This document shows, piece after piece, positions 17,674 through 27,462 of a DNA stretch of 64,000 nucleotides; positions within the stretch are counted from its first letter, which is position 1; every line of letters begins with the position of its first letter. A model generated the notes under the pieces. That model was not told the DNA's origin. It saw only the letters and a list, made by a program, of their open reading frames with translations, and did no database searches. Both the position numbers and the translations under genes were made by a program. Origin of the DNA: Alloprevotella sp. (GTDB lineage: Bacteria; Bacteroidota; Bacteroidia; Bacteroidales; Muribaculaceae); assembly GCA_023663135.1 (NCBI GenBank), contig JAMPIE010000006.1, forward strand, positions 34,170-98,169. Reading direction: 5' to 3'.

Positions 17674-19317
17674 ATGAATTATCAGGCCATCATAGACCGA
17701 TATTATCCCGCAGGCAGTCGACTGCGGGATATCTTTATTTCACATAGCCGCTCTGTGGCTGGCTTGGCCCTTGAAATAGCCCATCGATGCCACTTGCCGT
17801 TGGCTGACGAGGAAATAGAGACGGCAGCCATGCTGCATGACATAGGCATCTTTATGACCCATGCTCCATCGATTGCCTGCAATGGCTCAGAGCCATATAT
17901 AGCCCATGGGATAATAGGTGCAAGCCTATTGCGCTCGTTGGGGCCTAAATGGGAACCTTATGCGCGTGTGGCAGAGCGTCACACAGGCTCTGGCCTCACT
18001 GCCACTGAGATCCGGAGACAGCATCTGCCGCTGCCGGAGCGCGATTTCTTGCCCGAAACACTTTTGGAAAAGCTCATTTGCTATGCTGATAAGTTTTATT
18101 CCAAGAGTGGCGACATGAAACGCAAACCTTTGACGGAGGTTAGAGCGGCATTGTCCACCAAGAGCGAGGATGCTGCTCGCCGCTTTGACCTCCTCTCGGC
18201 AATGTTTGGCTCTAAATCGCGCTCCGAGATAAAGATTGCGTTTGTTGGTTTGGGGCGAAGAGGTCTTGCCACCTTGCGCCGTCATCTCATCCTCAATGAC
18301 GTGAGAATAACAGCATTGTGTGACACATCTCCCGAGACTCTTACAGAGGCAGCATCGGTAGCCGAGGCTGGAGGTCATTCCCCTGTTTGTTTTTCTTCAT
18401 GGGAGGATATGCTGTCATCTACACAATCAGTCGACCTGGTGTATATCTCCACCGACTGGGCCTCGCATGCGGCCATATCGGTGGCGGCTATGGAATCCGG
18501 GCGAGATGTGGCAGTGGAGGTCCCGGTTGCTACATGCCGTGAGGAGGCTGAGAGAGTGGTGGCCGCTGCTGCTCAGACAGGACGCTTTTTCACTATGGTT
18601 GAGAACTGCTGCTACGACCCTTTCCACCTCTATACGATGGCCTTGGTTAAGAGCGGAGTACTTGGTGAAATAACCCATATGGAGGGCGCATATATCCACG
18701 ATCTTCGCGACGAGATAGCACACAGTCTATGGCAGTCTATGGCCGCAAGAAACAACCCGGCCAATCCCTATCCCACCCATGGCCTTGGCCCAATGTGCCA
18801 GCTTATAGACGTAGGTCGAGAGGGAGGCGATGAGTTAGCAGAGGTGGTCTCCATGGGGCCATCTCGCGTCTCGGGCATCAATACGTGTCTTATATCCACT
18901 CGTCTCGGGCGCACTATGCTACTGCAATATGATGTGTCGACCCCACGGCCATATTCACGTATTCAAAGCGTGTGTGCCACTTCGGGCTATATCGCCAAGT
19001 ATCCGGTGATGCAGCTGATGATTGATGGAATGGATCGCCCTCTTGAGGGGGAGTCCTTGGACTGCCGTATGGCTCAGACTCGCCATCCATTGTTAGAAAA
19101 ATATGAGACTGATGGGCTGCGCCTCGGAGTGAGCAACATGATGAACTACATCATGGATCGTCGCATTATCGATCTACTCAAAGATGGGGAAGAACCTGAT
19201 ATAACAGCTTCAGACGCAGCGCTATGGTCGTCGCTTGCATGGCTGTCTCGCCAATCATTGCAAGAGGGTTCGCGACCTGTGGCGATAGAGCCATTTTCAT
19301 TATACAAAAAAATGTAG
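17674..19317 (+). CDS. HD-domain phosphohydrolase fused to a Gfo/Idh/MocA (GH109-like) oxidoreductase domain
   Basis: Residues 1-180: H..S, MLHDIG, HGIIG, ERHTG, YADKF. Residues 185-547: FVGLGRRG, VAVEVP, MVENCCYD, GAYIHDLR, YPTHGLGP. One continuous frame. Confidence 0.85.
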   Translation: MNYQAIIDRYYPAGSRLRDIFISHSRSVAGLALEIAHRCHLPLADEEIETAAMLHDIGIFMTHAPSIACNGSEPYIAHGIIGASLLRSLGPKWEPYARVAERHTGSGLTATEIRRQHLPLPERDFLPETLLEKLICYADKFYSKSGDMKRKPLTEVRAALSTKSEDAARRFDLLSAMFGSKSRSEIKIAFVGLGRRGLATLRRHLILNDVRITALCDTSPETLTEAASVAEAGGHSPVCFSSWEDMLSSTQSVDLVYISTDWASHAAISVAAMESGRDVAVEVPVATCREEAERVVAAAAQTGRFFTMVENCCYDPFHLYTMALVKSGVLGEITHMEGAYIHDLRDEIAHSLWQSMAARNNPANPYPTHGLGPMCQLIDVGREGGDELAEVVSMGPSRVSGINTCLISTRLGRTMLLQYDVSTPRPYSRIQSVCATSGYIAKYPVMQLMIDGMDRPLEGESLDCRMAQTRHPLLEKYETDGLRLGVSNMMNYIMDRRIIDLLKDGEEPDITASDAALWSSLAWLSRQSLQEGSRPVAIEPFSLYKKM

Positions 19318-19347
19318 TAACTTTGCGAATGGTGTCGGAGGACACAA

Positions 19348-19713
19348 TACAGCCGAGCGCCTCGTCGCGCGATGACAGCATGAGCATCGTGAGGAAAGTC
19401 CGGGCAACATAGAGCGCCTCACTCCCTTAGGGGAGCTATCGGCGACGGTAGAGTAGCGTGACAGAGAATAACCGCCGTCCATCTCCGGGCGGCAAGGGTG
19501 AAAAGGTGGGGTAAGAGCCCACCGGGCGACATGGCGACATGGCGTGCCGCACGTCTTGAGGGTTGCAATGCCAAGTATACCGGCAGTATGTAGGGTTGCT
19601 CGCCCGATGCCGGGGGGTAGGCAGCACAGATAAATGACGAGGCTCTGTAGCAGGCCCTAACCATAGGTGAGGAAGCGGCGCAGAGACATAACCTGGCTTA
19701 TAACCCGACTGTA
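19348..19713 (+). ncRNA. rnpB: RNase P RNA (type A)
   Basis: GAGGAAAGTCCGGGC, AGGGTGAAAAGGTGGGGTAAGAGCCCACCG, CAGATAAATGAC and ACATAACCTGGCTTAT hallmarks; TAACTTTG box at 19318-19325. Confidence 0.95.
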
Positions 19714-19737
19714 ATCCTCCGATACCCTTTTATAACG

Positions 19738-19770
19738 TCGGCCTCCGCGACTTATTGTCGCAGAGGCCGA
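19738..19770. terminator. Terminator between rnpB and the convergent gene
   Basis: TCGGCCTCCGCGAC-ttatt-GTCGCAGAGGCCGA hairpin with T-rich or A-rich flanks. Confidence 0.7.
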
Positions 19771-19803
19771 TGGTTGTTTTTTTTGAAAGCGGGTAGTGCA
19801 TCA

Positions 19804-20460
19804 CTACCATTCAAAGGCTATGGATGCTCCAAAGTTATTGAGCGATATGGAATTGTTTCTCCAGCTATAATTGCTGCCCGAGGTAATAAGCTGATATGTT
19901 GCCCCTACGTTGAGTGCTTGATTGGGATTGTTGCGCGAGATGGGGAAACGGATGCCTATGGATGGCCTCAGGAAAAATTGCGTTGAACTTGAGATTAAGC
20001 CGGTTGAAAGACCAAGATTGGAGTTCCCTAACAGCCATGCAGCTCCGATTTTAAGGTCGATAAACAGTGAGGTTGACTGTCGCGAGCCAATGTTGAATCG
20101 AAAGTCAGAGAAGAGTGGCAGCATGGCTTTTGTATCAGACCAGCCATGTGACAGATTGAAGGCCTCAGAATCATAATCGGGACCTCCGGCCATCAAGACA
20201 TCAATGCCAACACCAACACCCATAAAAAACCATGATGAGTATTGGAAGCCTTGAGAGGTGGTGACACTCAGATCGTTGGCTCGATTCTCGCCTACGCCGG
20301 CAGTACCCGTAGCCTCAACGAAGCCTTTGTAGTTGAGGGAGCCTGAAAGGGCAGGGGTGATGAGCTGAGGCAGCTGATTGGCCAGCTCATAATACTGAGC
20401 TTTAGCACCTTGCGATACAAGAGCAAGGAGGCATGCAATGATGATGCCGACATTTCTCAT
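19804..20460 (-). CDS. Outer-membrane beta-barrel protein
   Basis: Signal peptide, alternating aromatic and Gly strands, C-terminal aromatic residue (AFEW). Confidence 0.75.
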   Translation of the reverse strand: MRNVGIIIACLLALVSQGAKAQYYELANQLPQLITPALSGSLNYKGFVEATGTAGVGENRANDLSVTTSQGFQYSSWFFMGVGVGIDVLMAGGPDYDSEAFNLSHGWSDTKAMLPLFSDFRFNIGSRQSTSLFIDLKIGAAWLLGNSNLGLSTGLISSSTQFFLRPSIGIRFPISRNNPNQALNVGATYQLITSGSNYSWRNNSISLNNFGASIAFEW

Positions 20461-20570
20461 AATGGGGAGGGGTGGATTTTGGTTATTAGATGCGTAAGGC
20501 TAAAAGAGTGACCTTTCCACATGTTTAACGCATATTCTGACTATAATATTGCATAACGCATTGACTAAAA

Positions 20571-21620
20571 TCAATACATTGGTGTAAAGGGTTGTGATAC
20601 AACGAGTTTTGAAGTGCAATTGCCGATAAAGTCTTGGCTTTTTGACGTGTCGATTTTCAATATAGGAGCACCTTCTGAGAGGTCACACTGGTCAAGATTG
20701 ATATAAAACACGCCGGGATTGGTCACCAGGTCGAAGTAATAGCGACGGTAGGAGAGGTCGGCATAAGTGCGCCATTGGGTAGAGCTTACGTTTGGATCTC
20801 CATTGACTTCATAGAGATAAGGCACGGAGACATTGGCCATTATAGAACGGACGATGGAAAAGGCGAGGTCGTGATCGGATACTTTCTGCACATTATTGTC
20901 GAAGAAATAACCGCGTACAAATCGGTCGGGGGAGGCCACGCGTCCTGGAAGGAAGTTCGCTCCTCCAATCTTCTGCCAATAGTCGTTGATGGCGTTCATG
21001 GCCGGATAAGTGGGGTCGTTGGTGAGCACAGGAAGGTCTTGTCCCTCATAGACCTTGATGTCGCCATCGACAAATTCTATCATGGCCGACTTGCCTGAGG
21101 CGTCTGTGACGCCCCAGTGTAGGGCAGAGACGGTGCCTCCGTCAAAGGTAGCGCCGGAGATGTTAAAGTCGTGTTTGGTCACTACGTCGACCACCTCGTC
21201 GGTGGTGGCATTCATGTCAAGGAGCCAAGCCACGAAGACGGCGAGCGACATGGGGGGCCGACCCTCGGTGGATGCATTGCCATAGACCGTCCCCTTGCAG
21301 AAGAGGCCGTTGATGACGAGGCCTTTCTCATTCATTCCCTCGGTGACTCCGCTATCATAACTCACGGCATAGACGGCTCCATACTTTGACGTCCATGAGA
21401 AAGCACCTTTAAGGGAATGGCTCATTTTCTTGATACCCTTGGGATAGACATAGATATTAGTGGGGATGGGGGTTTTCCAATCGAGCGAGCGACCAACGAT
21501 GCGGAGCGTAGAGTCAGACCCTACATAGAGGATCCTTGAGCAGGCTGATGCATCCGACGGGCTAAAGGCTGCTGAGATAGCAAGAGCTACAGCGGCGGCG
21601 AGTGATAAAAATTTACGCAT
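20571..21620 (-). CDS. Linear amide C-N hydrolase (choloylglycine hydrolase / penicillin V acylase family), exported
   Basis: Signal peptide then nucleophile Cys (ASA-CSRI), GRSLDW, EGMNEKGL, LTNDP and SPDRFVR motifs; start ATG 21620. Confidence 0.9.
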   Translation of the reverse strand: MRKFLSLAAAVALAISAAFSPSDASACSRILYVGSDSTLRIVGRSLDWKTPIPTNIYVYPKGIKKMSHSLKGAFSWTSKYGAVYAVSYDSGVTEGMNEKGLVINGLFCKGTVYGNASTEGRPPMSLAVFVAWLLDMNATTDEVVDVVTKHDFNISGATFDGGTVSALHWGVTDASGKSAMIEFVDGDIKVYEGQDLPVLTNDPTYPAMNAINDYWQKIGGANFLPGRVASPDRFVRGYFFDNNVQKVSDHDLAFSIVRSIMANVSVPYLYEVNGDPNVSSTQWRTYADLSYRRYYFDLVTNPGVFYINLDQCDLSEGAPILKIDTSKSQDFIGNCTSKLVVSQPFTPMY

Positions 21621-21687
21621 TGTGAATGAGAGTGTGTGAGTGTTACATCTTTCAGACACAACGCTTTCGACCGTCATATTGTTTGAC

Positions 21688-22668
21688 CTATTGTAGCAAC
21701 GGCTTTATTTTTGACAATATTTCTTCAAGCTCGTCAAGGGTTGATGCTCTGAGCATGGCTATGCGTGTCTCTCTGAAGTTGGGTATTCCTTTGAAGAGGG
21801 GAGAGGCAGCCAGGTGGCGGCGAATGTGCAAGATGCCTCGGTATTCATCGATGCGGTCAATGCTTTCGTGGATCTGTCGGCGCAGAATGGCCAGTTTTTC
21901 CTCGGTGGAGAGGGGTAGGGGAGAGAAGTCATCGATATTACGGCGCATATCTCTGAAAATCCATGGCGCTCCAATTGATGCTCGCCCCACCATCACACCA
22001 TCTACACCATAATGGCTGAAGGCTTCGCGAGCTTGCTGGGGAGTGGAAATGTCGCCATTGCCAATGATGGGAATCTTAAGCCTGGGATTTTCTTTGACGC
22101 GGGCTATCATCTCCCAGTCGGCTTGCCCGGTATACATTTGCGAGCGTGTCCGACCATGGATTGCCAAAGCTCTAATGCCGCAGTCTTGGAGTTGCTCGGC
22201 AAGGGTGAGGATGGTCTCTCTTAATTCGTGGTCCCATCCGAGACGTGTCTTTGCAGTGACGGGAATGTTTACGGCCTTGACAATGGCCGAGGTGATTTCA
22301 AGCATTCGTGGGATGTCGCGGAGCAGTCCGGCACCGCCCCCTTTACCAGCCACCTTCTTTACCGGACAACCAAAATTGATGTCAAGAAAGTCGGGACGAG
22401 CTTCCTCGACAATCTTAGCGGCCTCGACCATAGAGTCGACGTCGCGACCATAGATCTGTATTGCCGCAGGGCGTTCCTCGGGGCGTATCTCGAGCTTGCG
22501 AGTGGTGGCGGCAATGTTGCGTATCAACGCATCGGCCGACACAAACTCGGTTGTGACCATATCAGCACCCATTTCCTTGCATATCAATCTAAAGGAGGAA
22601 TCGGTCACATCCTCCATCGGGGCCAGCATTAGAGGCTTTTCGCCAAGATCTATGTCAGCGATTTTCAT
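21688..22668 (-). CDS. dusB: tRNA-dihydrouridine synthase B
   Basis: LAPMEDVTD, DINFGCP, KTRLGW, IHGRTR and GNGDI motifs. Confidence 0.93.
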   Translation of the reverse strand: MKIADIDLGEKPLMLAPMEDVTDSSFRLICKEMGADMVTTEFVSADALIRNIAATTRKLEIRPEERPAAIQIYGRDVDSMVEAAKIVEEARPDFLDINFGCPVKKVAGKGGGAGLLRDIPRMLEITSAIVKAVNIPVTAKTRLGWDHELRETILTLAEQLQDCGIRALAIHGRTRSQMYTGQADWEMIARVKENPRLKIPIIGNGDISTPQQAREAFSHYGVDGVMVGRASIGAPWIFRDMRRNIDDFSPLPLSTEEKLAILRRQIHESIDRIDEYRGILHIRRHLAASPLFKGIPNFRETRIAMLRASTLDELEEILSKIKPLLQ

Positions 22669-22689
22669 AAGGGGTGTATAAAAGTAAGA

Positions 22690-24216
22690 TCATCGATAGT
22701 CGCGACGCGAGGCATCGAGGCGCAAGAGGATGAAAAGGAGTGTGGTGAAGCCCCAGAGTGAGGAGCCTCCATAGGAGAAGAAGGGTAGAGGTATGCCAAT
22801 GACAGGACATAGGCCAATGACCATACCCACGTTGATGGACACGTGAAAGATTAGGATAGAAGCCACACAATAGCCATAGACTCGCGCAAAGGCTCTTGGC
22901 TGGCGCTCGGCAAGAGTGATGACCCTAAATATCAGTGCTACAAACAAGAGAAGGGTGGCAGCTGAGCCGATGAAGCCCTCTTCTTCGCCTATGGTGCAAT
23001 ATATGAAGTCAGTATGCTGCTCGGGGACATATTTGAGCTTGGTCTGTGTACCATTGAGAAATCCCTTTCCAGTGATGCCTCCTGAACCAATGGCTATCTT
23101 AGACTGATTTACATTATATCCGGCTCCACGGAGGTCTTCCTCCATCCCAAGGGTAACCTTGATGCGCTGTTGCTGATGGGGCTGGAGGATGTTGTCAAAC
23201 GCATAATTGACCGACATCAGAAAGCCCACGGAGGCTACAGCCACAAGTGCGGCTATATACATCCGAGAAATCTTCTCTTTCAGCGCAAGAAGGACAAGAT
23301 AGACAACCGAGACCATAATGATGCCGCTCATTATATAGGTGGCCGAGGGGATGACATTGCCGGTAAAATAAGAGACGGCAAAGAGGCATCCTGTTGTTGC
23401 GGCATACCATATAAGTATGTTGCGGGCAGCTCTGACATTGCGGCAATAAATTGCAGTCATGATCACAACGATGAACATTATCATCATAAAGACAGCCAGC
23501 TCGCCAATGGGCATCCCTATCAAAGAGAGGTCTGAAAATTTGATAGAAACCACAAAAAATAGCACAGCGCAGAGAGCCGAAAGAAGCACAATGCCGCTCA
23601 TCCCCTCGCGATAAAGCACAAAAAAAAGTGATAGATAAGCCAAAGCCGAGCCGGTCTCTCTTTGCGCCAGAATGAGCATGATAGGGAGCATAATTATTCC
23701 AATGGCTCTAAGATAGTTCTTACGCGAGGCATTGAGTGAAAACCCGTAGCCTGCAAAGAGTTTAGCCAGGGCAAGCGACGTGGCAAACTTGGCAAACTCG
23801 GCCGGCTGAAGGCTTATGGGTCCCAACTTGATCCATGAATGGGAGCCTTTGATGTCAGGGGCTATGAAGATGGTGACAAGGAGAAGGCACATCATGGCCG
23901 CATACACCGGATATGCATAAGTCTCATAGACACGTGAATCTACCAGAAGGATACCCAGTCCAAGGAGCATAGAAAGCCCTATCCATCTTAGCTGCTTCCC
24001 TGAATATTCATCGAAGGAGAATATGTTGGCATGGTCAAAGTCATATGACGCTGCGTAGATGCTTATAGCTCCGGCAATCACCAGAAGAAGATATAAGATC
24101 ACCGTCACCCAGTCAACGTAGCGGAAGACTGAGTTGGGGCCGGTGGAGAGTCCCGGGCCTGAGGGACGATAGAGATTATCAGTATTTGTACTCACTGAGC
24201 TGGGATGTTTTGGCAT
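22690..24216 (-). CDS. rodA: Rod shape-determining protein RodA (SEDS family)
   Basis: LQPAEFAK, GYNVNQSKIAIGSGG, PEQHTDFI and GIPLPFFSYGGSS motifs. True start uncertain (GTG about 24195 is possible). Confidence 0.93.
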   Translation of the reverse strand: MPKHPSSVSTNTDNLYRPSGPGLSTGPNSVFRYVDWVTVILYLLLVIAGAISIYAASYDFDHANIFSFDEYSGKQLRWIGLSMLLGLGILLVDSRVYETYAYPVYAAMMCLLLVTIFIAPDIKGSHSWIKLGPISLQPAEFAKFATSLALAKLFAGYGFSLNASRKNYLRAIGIIMLPIMLILAQRETGSALAYLSLFFVLYREGMSGIVLLSALCAVLFFVVSIKFSDLSLIGMPIGELAVFMMIMFIVVIMTAIYCRNVRAARNILIWYAATTGCLFAVSYFTGNVIPSATYIMSGIIMVSVVYLVLLALKEKISRMYIAALVAVASVGFLMSVNYAFDNILQPHQQQRIKVTLGMEEDLRGAGYNVNQSKIAIGSGGITGKGFLNGTQTKLKYVPEQHTDFIYCTIGEEEGFIGSAATLLLFVALIFRVITLAERQPRAFARVYGYCVASILIFHVSINVGMVIGLCPVIGIPLPFFSYGGSSLWGFTTLLFILLRLDASRRDYR

Positions 24217-26044
24217 TCAACATTGCAGTCTCCATTCCTTTGCGGGCGTCGGATATCTTGCGATTGAGGTATTTCTCAATGATAAGAGATCCAATGGGCA
24301 CTCCGTATGTCGCTCCCCACCCGCCGTTCTCGACATATACAGCCACAGCAATTTTAGGATCGTCATATGGCGCAAAACCCATAAAGGCCGAGTGATCCTT
24401 GCCGTGAGGATTTTGGGCAGTGCCGGTCTTGCCGGCCACTTGGATGTCTGGGAGGTTGGCGGCTCGACATGTGCCGCCGGTCACAGCCATGCGCATACCC
24501 TCAGCTACGAGAGGATAATATTTGCTGTCGATTGTGGGGAAGCGCTTGTCGATATACTCGGGGGGTATTACAGTGTCTTCAATCTCTTTCACCACGTGGG
24601 GAGTGATAAACCAGCCGCGATTGGCAATGGTGGCGCATAGATTGGCAATCTGTAGGGGTGTAGCCGTCACCTCGCCTTGGCCGATTGACACGGATATCAC
24701 GGTGTTGGCGCTCCAGTGGCCCTTGCCATATCGCTTTGGATTAGAGTAATATTCGGCGTTGGGGAGGAAGCCGCGCTTCTCTCCGGGGAGGTCAATGCCG
24801 AGCTTGTAGCCATAACCCATCGACACGAGATGATTTTTCCAGACCTCAAAGGCGATGTCGGCCGACCCATATTTAGATCGCCGATCTATCATGTTTTTGA
24901 ATCCCCAACAGAAATAGCCGTTGCAAGAAGTCTGGAGTGCGGGGAGGAGCGGGAGAGGGGAGGCATGGATATGGCAGCCCACGTGCAGGCCTCCATTTAT
25001 ATACCCTTTATGGCAGGGATATCGGGTGTCGGGTGTGATGATCCCTTCTTGAAGAAAGATGAGTGCCTGGGTGGGCTTGAAGGTAGAGCCCGGGGGATAG
25101 AAGCCTGTTGTGGCCCTGTCGTTGAGGGGGCGGTGGGGGGCGTTCATCAGCTCACGGTAGTTTTTGCCGCGGTCGCGGCCTACGAGAAGCGCGGGATCGT
25201 AGGATGGAGCGGTAACTAAGGCGAGCACTTCGCCGGTCTTAGGCTCGATAGCCACAATGGCTCCGAGCTTATTCATCATCAAGCTCTCGGCATATTGTTG
25301 GAGTTCAATGTCGAGAGAGAGCTTAAGGTTGCGGCCACTCACTGCATCGACATCATAACGTCCATCTTCATAGCGGCCCTGTATCTGTCCATGTGAGTCG
25401 CGGATGAGTATCTCCACTCCTTTGCGGCCACGGAGGTGACTTTCATAGCTTTTTTCAACTCCATTGTCGCCGGTGTAGTCGCCTGAGGCATAATAGGGCT
25501 CGCGCTCAATGTCATCGCGATTAACCTCGCGAATGTTTCCCAAGACATTGGCCGCGCAGTGGTAGCCATAGTCACGCACTATTCGTTTTTGGATGTAGAA
25601 GCCGGGGTAGCGATACATCTTTTCTTGTAAGCGTCCATAGTCCTCGGGGGTGAGATTGGTAAAGAGGGTTTGGGGCGAGTAAGATGAGTAGCCGGGATTT
25701 GTGGCGCGATTGGTCACTTCATTCCATCGGGTCTTGAAATCGTCGATGGAGATTCCTAATGCACGACACATGTCAAGGGTATCAAATGCCTCAATGTCGC
25801 GTTTGATAAACATTATATCATAGGCCGGTTGGTTAAACACCACTATGTTGCCATTGCGGTCATAAATAGTGCCTCGCGAGGGGTAGATAGTCTTGCGCAG
25901 GAAAGCATTTGAGTCGGCATAGGCTTTATACTTCTCGTCAGCCACCTGGAGGTTAAAAAGCCTGAAGATGTAGATGGCCACAATGAGAAGAAAGAAACCT
26001 ACTATGACATATTTTCGCTTCTCAAGGTTATAGTCTTTTCTCAC
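24179..26044 (-). CDS. mrdA: Penicillin-binding protein 2
   Basis: PGSTFK (SxxK), SCN and KTGTAQ motifs; mre operon context. Confidence 0.95.
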   Translation of the reverse strand: MRKDYNLEKRKYVIVGFFLLIVAIYIFRLFNLQVADEKYKAYADSNAFLRKTIYPSRGTIYDRNGNIVVFNQPAYDIMFIKRDIEAFDTLDMCRALGISIDDFKTRWNEVTNRATNPGYSSYSPQTLFTNLTPEDYGRLQEKMYRYPGFYIQKRIVRDYGYHCAANVLGNIREVNRDDIEREPYYASGDYTGDNGVEKSYESHLRGRKGVEILIRDSHGQIQGRYEDGRYDVDAVSGRNLKLSLDIELQQYAESLMMNKLGAIVAIEPKTGEVLALVTAPSYDPALLVGRDRGKNYRELMNAPHRPLNDRATTGFYPPGSTFKPTQALIFLQEGIITPDTRYPCHKGYINGGLHVGCHIHASPLPLLPALQTSCNGYFCWGFKNMIDRRSKYGSADIAFEVWKNHLVSMGYGYKLGIDLPGEKRGFLPNAEYYSNPKRYGKGHWSANTVISVSIGQGEVTATPLQIANLCATIANRGWFITPHVVKEIEDTVIPPEYIDKRFPTIDSKYYPLVAEGMRMAVTGGTCRAANLPDIQVAGKTGTAQNPHGKDHSAFMGFAPYDDPKIAVAVYVENGGWGATYGVPIGSLIIEKYLNRKISDARKGMETAMLNAKTSQLSEYKY

Positions 26045-26549
26045 GTCGGTGTGCGGTAATGAAATCGAGGGCCACTATCAATGCGGAGGTGAGGAGAGTG
26101 GAACCGATAACGATATATAAAAGCTTGAGGGGGGAGAAGAAGATGATGGAATCGGCAAGAGCCACGACGGCAGAGAATATGGCCGTGAGGGTCAAGGTGT
26201 AGCGGATGAAGGAGGATGGACCGAGCGAGTCTATGCCGGGACGCTGGTCGGAGAGTTCTTCTTCTCTGGGGCAATAGAGCTTAATGACGGGGTGACGCAT
26301 TGCGCCCATGACAAGACAGCCAAAAGAATATAGTCCGGCTGTATCAGAGAAGATATCGACCGTCAGACCGAGAATGAAGGCTATAGTCAGCACAAGGGGC
26401 TGGCTCATTGTCAGAGGTAAAATCAGAAGCAGGTATATAAACACAAATGGCACGGCCACTCCAAAGAGGCATATATGATTGAACACCACAACTTGAGCCA
26501 ATATCAAAGCTATGGCGAGCATGATATAATACAATGCTGTCCGTGTCAC
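26028..26549 (-). CDS. mreD: Rod shape-determining protein MreD
   Basis: Hydrophobic protein with FILGLTVDIFSDT, between mreC and mrdA. Confidence 0.88.
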   Translation of the reverse strand: MTRTALYYIMLAIALILAQVVVFNHICLFGVAVPFVFIYLLLILPLTMSQPLVLTIAFILGLTVDIFSDTAGLYSFGCLVMGAMRHPVIKLYCPREEELSDQRPGIDSLGPSSFIRYTLTLTAIFSAVVALADSIIFFSPLKLLYIVIGSTLLTSALIVALDFITAHRREKRL

Positions 26550-26586
26550 TTAGTCGCTGATCTGTTTGTTGATTATTCTCTTTATT

Positions 26587-27462
26587 TTATGGTCTGTCGG
26601 TGGGCATGGAAGTCTTTCGCTCAGTGGCTCCGTCATCTTCCACTTCGCACAGCTCATCGGAGAGCGAGTCAATGATGACACGCACGGTGGAGAGGGTATT
26701 GAAGTCGGTGGAGAGTTTGACGCGCAGTGTCCTGAAGTTTTCCTCGCGAGCAGCCACGCGGTCCATGACCACCCCAACAATAATCCCTTCAGGAAACACT
26801 GAGGAGTAGCCTGAGGTCACCACTGTATCGCCCGGTGCATAGACGGCGTGGCGTGGGAGTTCTTCCAAAATGGCCTCAGTGGGGTCGTTCCCATCCCATA
26901 CGAGCGAGCCCACTATTGTCTGTCCCTTGATTTTACACGAAACCCTGAGGTAAGGATTAAGGAGCGAGATTACTCTCGATGTGTGCTTACCCACGACATT
27001 GACTATACCGATGATGCCGTTTTGGTCAATGACGCCCATCTCGGGACGGATGCCGTCGTCGCTTCCGCGATCAAGGGTAATGTAGTTGGTGGGACGATTG
27101 ACAGTGTTGTTTATGACATGAGCCACCTCAAAAGAATAGCGCTGGAGGGCAGAATCGACCCTCGCCGTGTCAGCAAATTCCATAGCACGATAGTCGGCCA
27201 GGGCTCCTTTCAGCGACAATATCTCTTGTGACAAGCGGGCATTGGCTTGCTGCAGGTCTTCATTGATCTCGCGGAGATAAAAATAAGAGGTCACAGAATT
27301 GGTGGCCGCATACAGAGCTCCGCTCACGGCGTTGGCACTCGTGAGAAAGACATGGCGCTGGAAAGGATTGCGCGACAATAGGAGCCAAAGCGACACTGCC
27401 GCATAGATAATAAAGAGTATCCATGTGGAGTATCGCAGGACGAAGTGGTAGATATTGCGCAC
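26587..27462 (-). CDS. mreC: Rod shape-determining protein MreC
   Basis: N-terminal membrane anchor, coiled coil, ITLDRGSDDGI and GDTVVTSGYSSVFPEGI motifs. Confidence 0.93.
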   Translation of the reverse strand: MRNIYHFVLRYSTWILFIIYAAVSLWLLLSRNPFQRHVFLTSANAVSGALYAATNSVTSYFYLREINEDLQQANARLSQEILSLKGALADYRAMEFADTARVDSALQRYSFEVAHVINNTVNRPTNYITLDRGSDDGIRPEMGVIDQNGIIGIVNVVGKHTSRVISLLNPYLRVSCKIKGQTIVGSLVWDGNDPTEAILEELPRHAVYAPGDTVVTSGYSSVFPEGIIVGVVMDRVAAREENFRTLRVKLSTDFNTLSTVRVIIDSLSDELCEVEDDGATERKTSMPTDRP

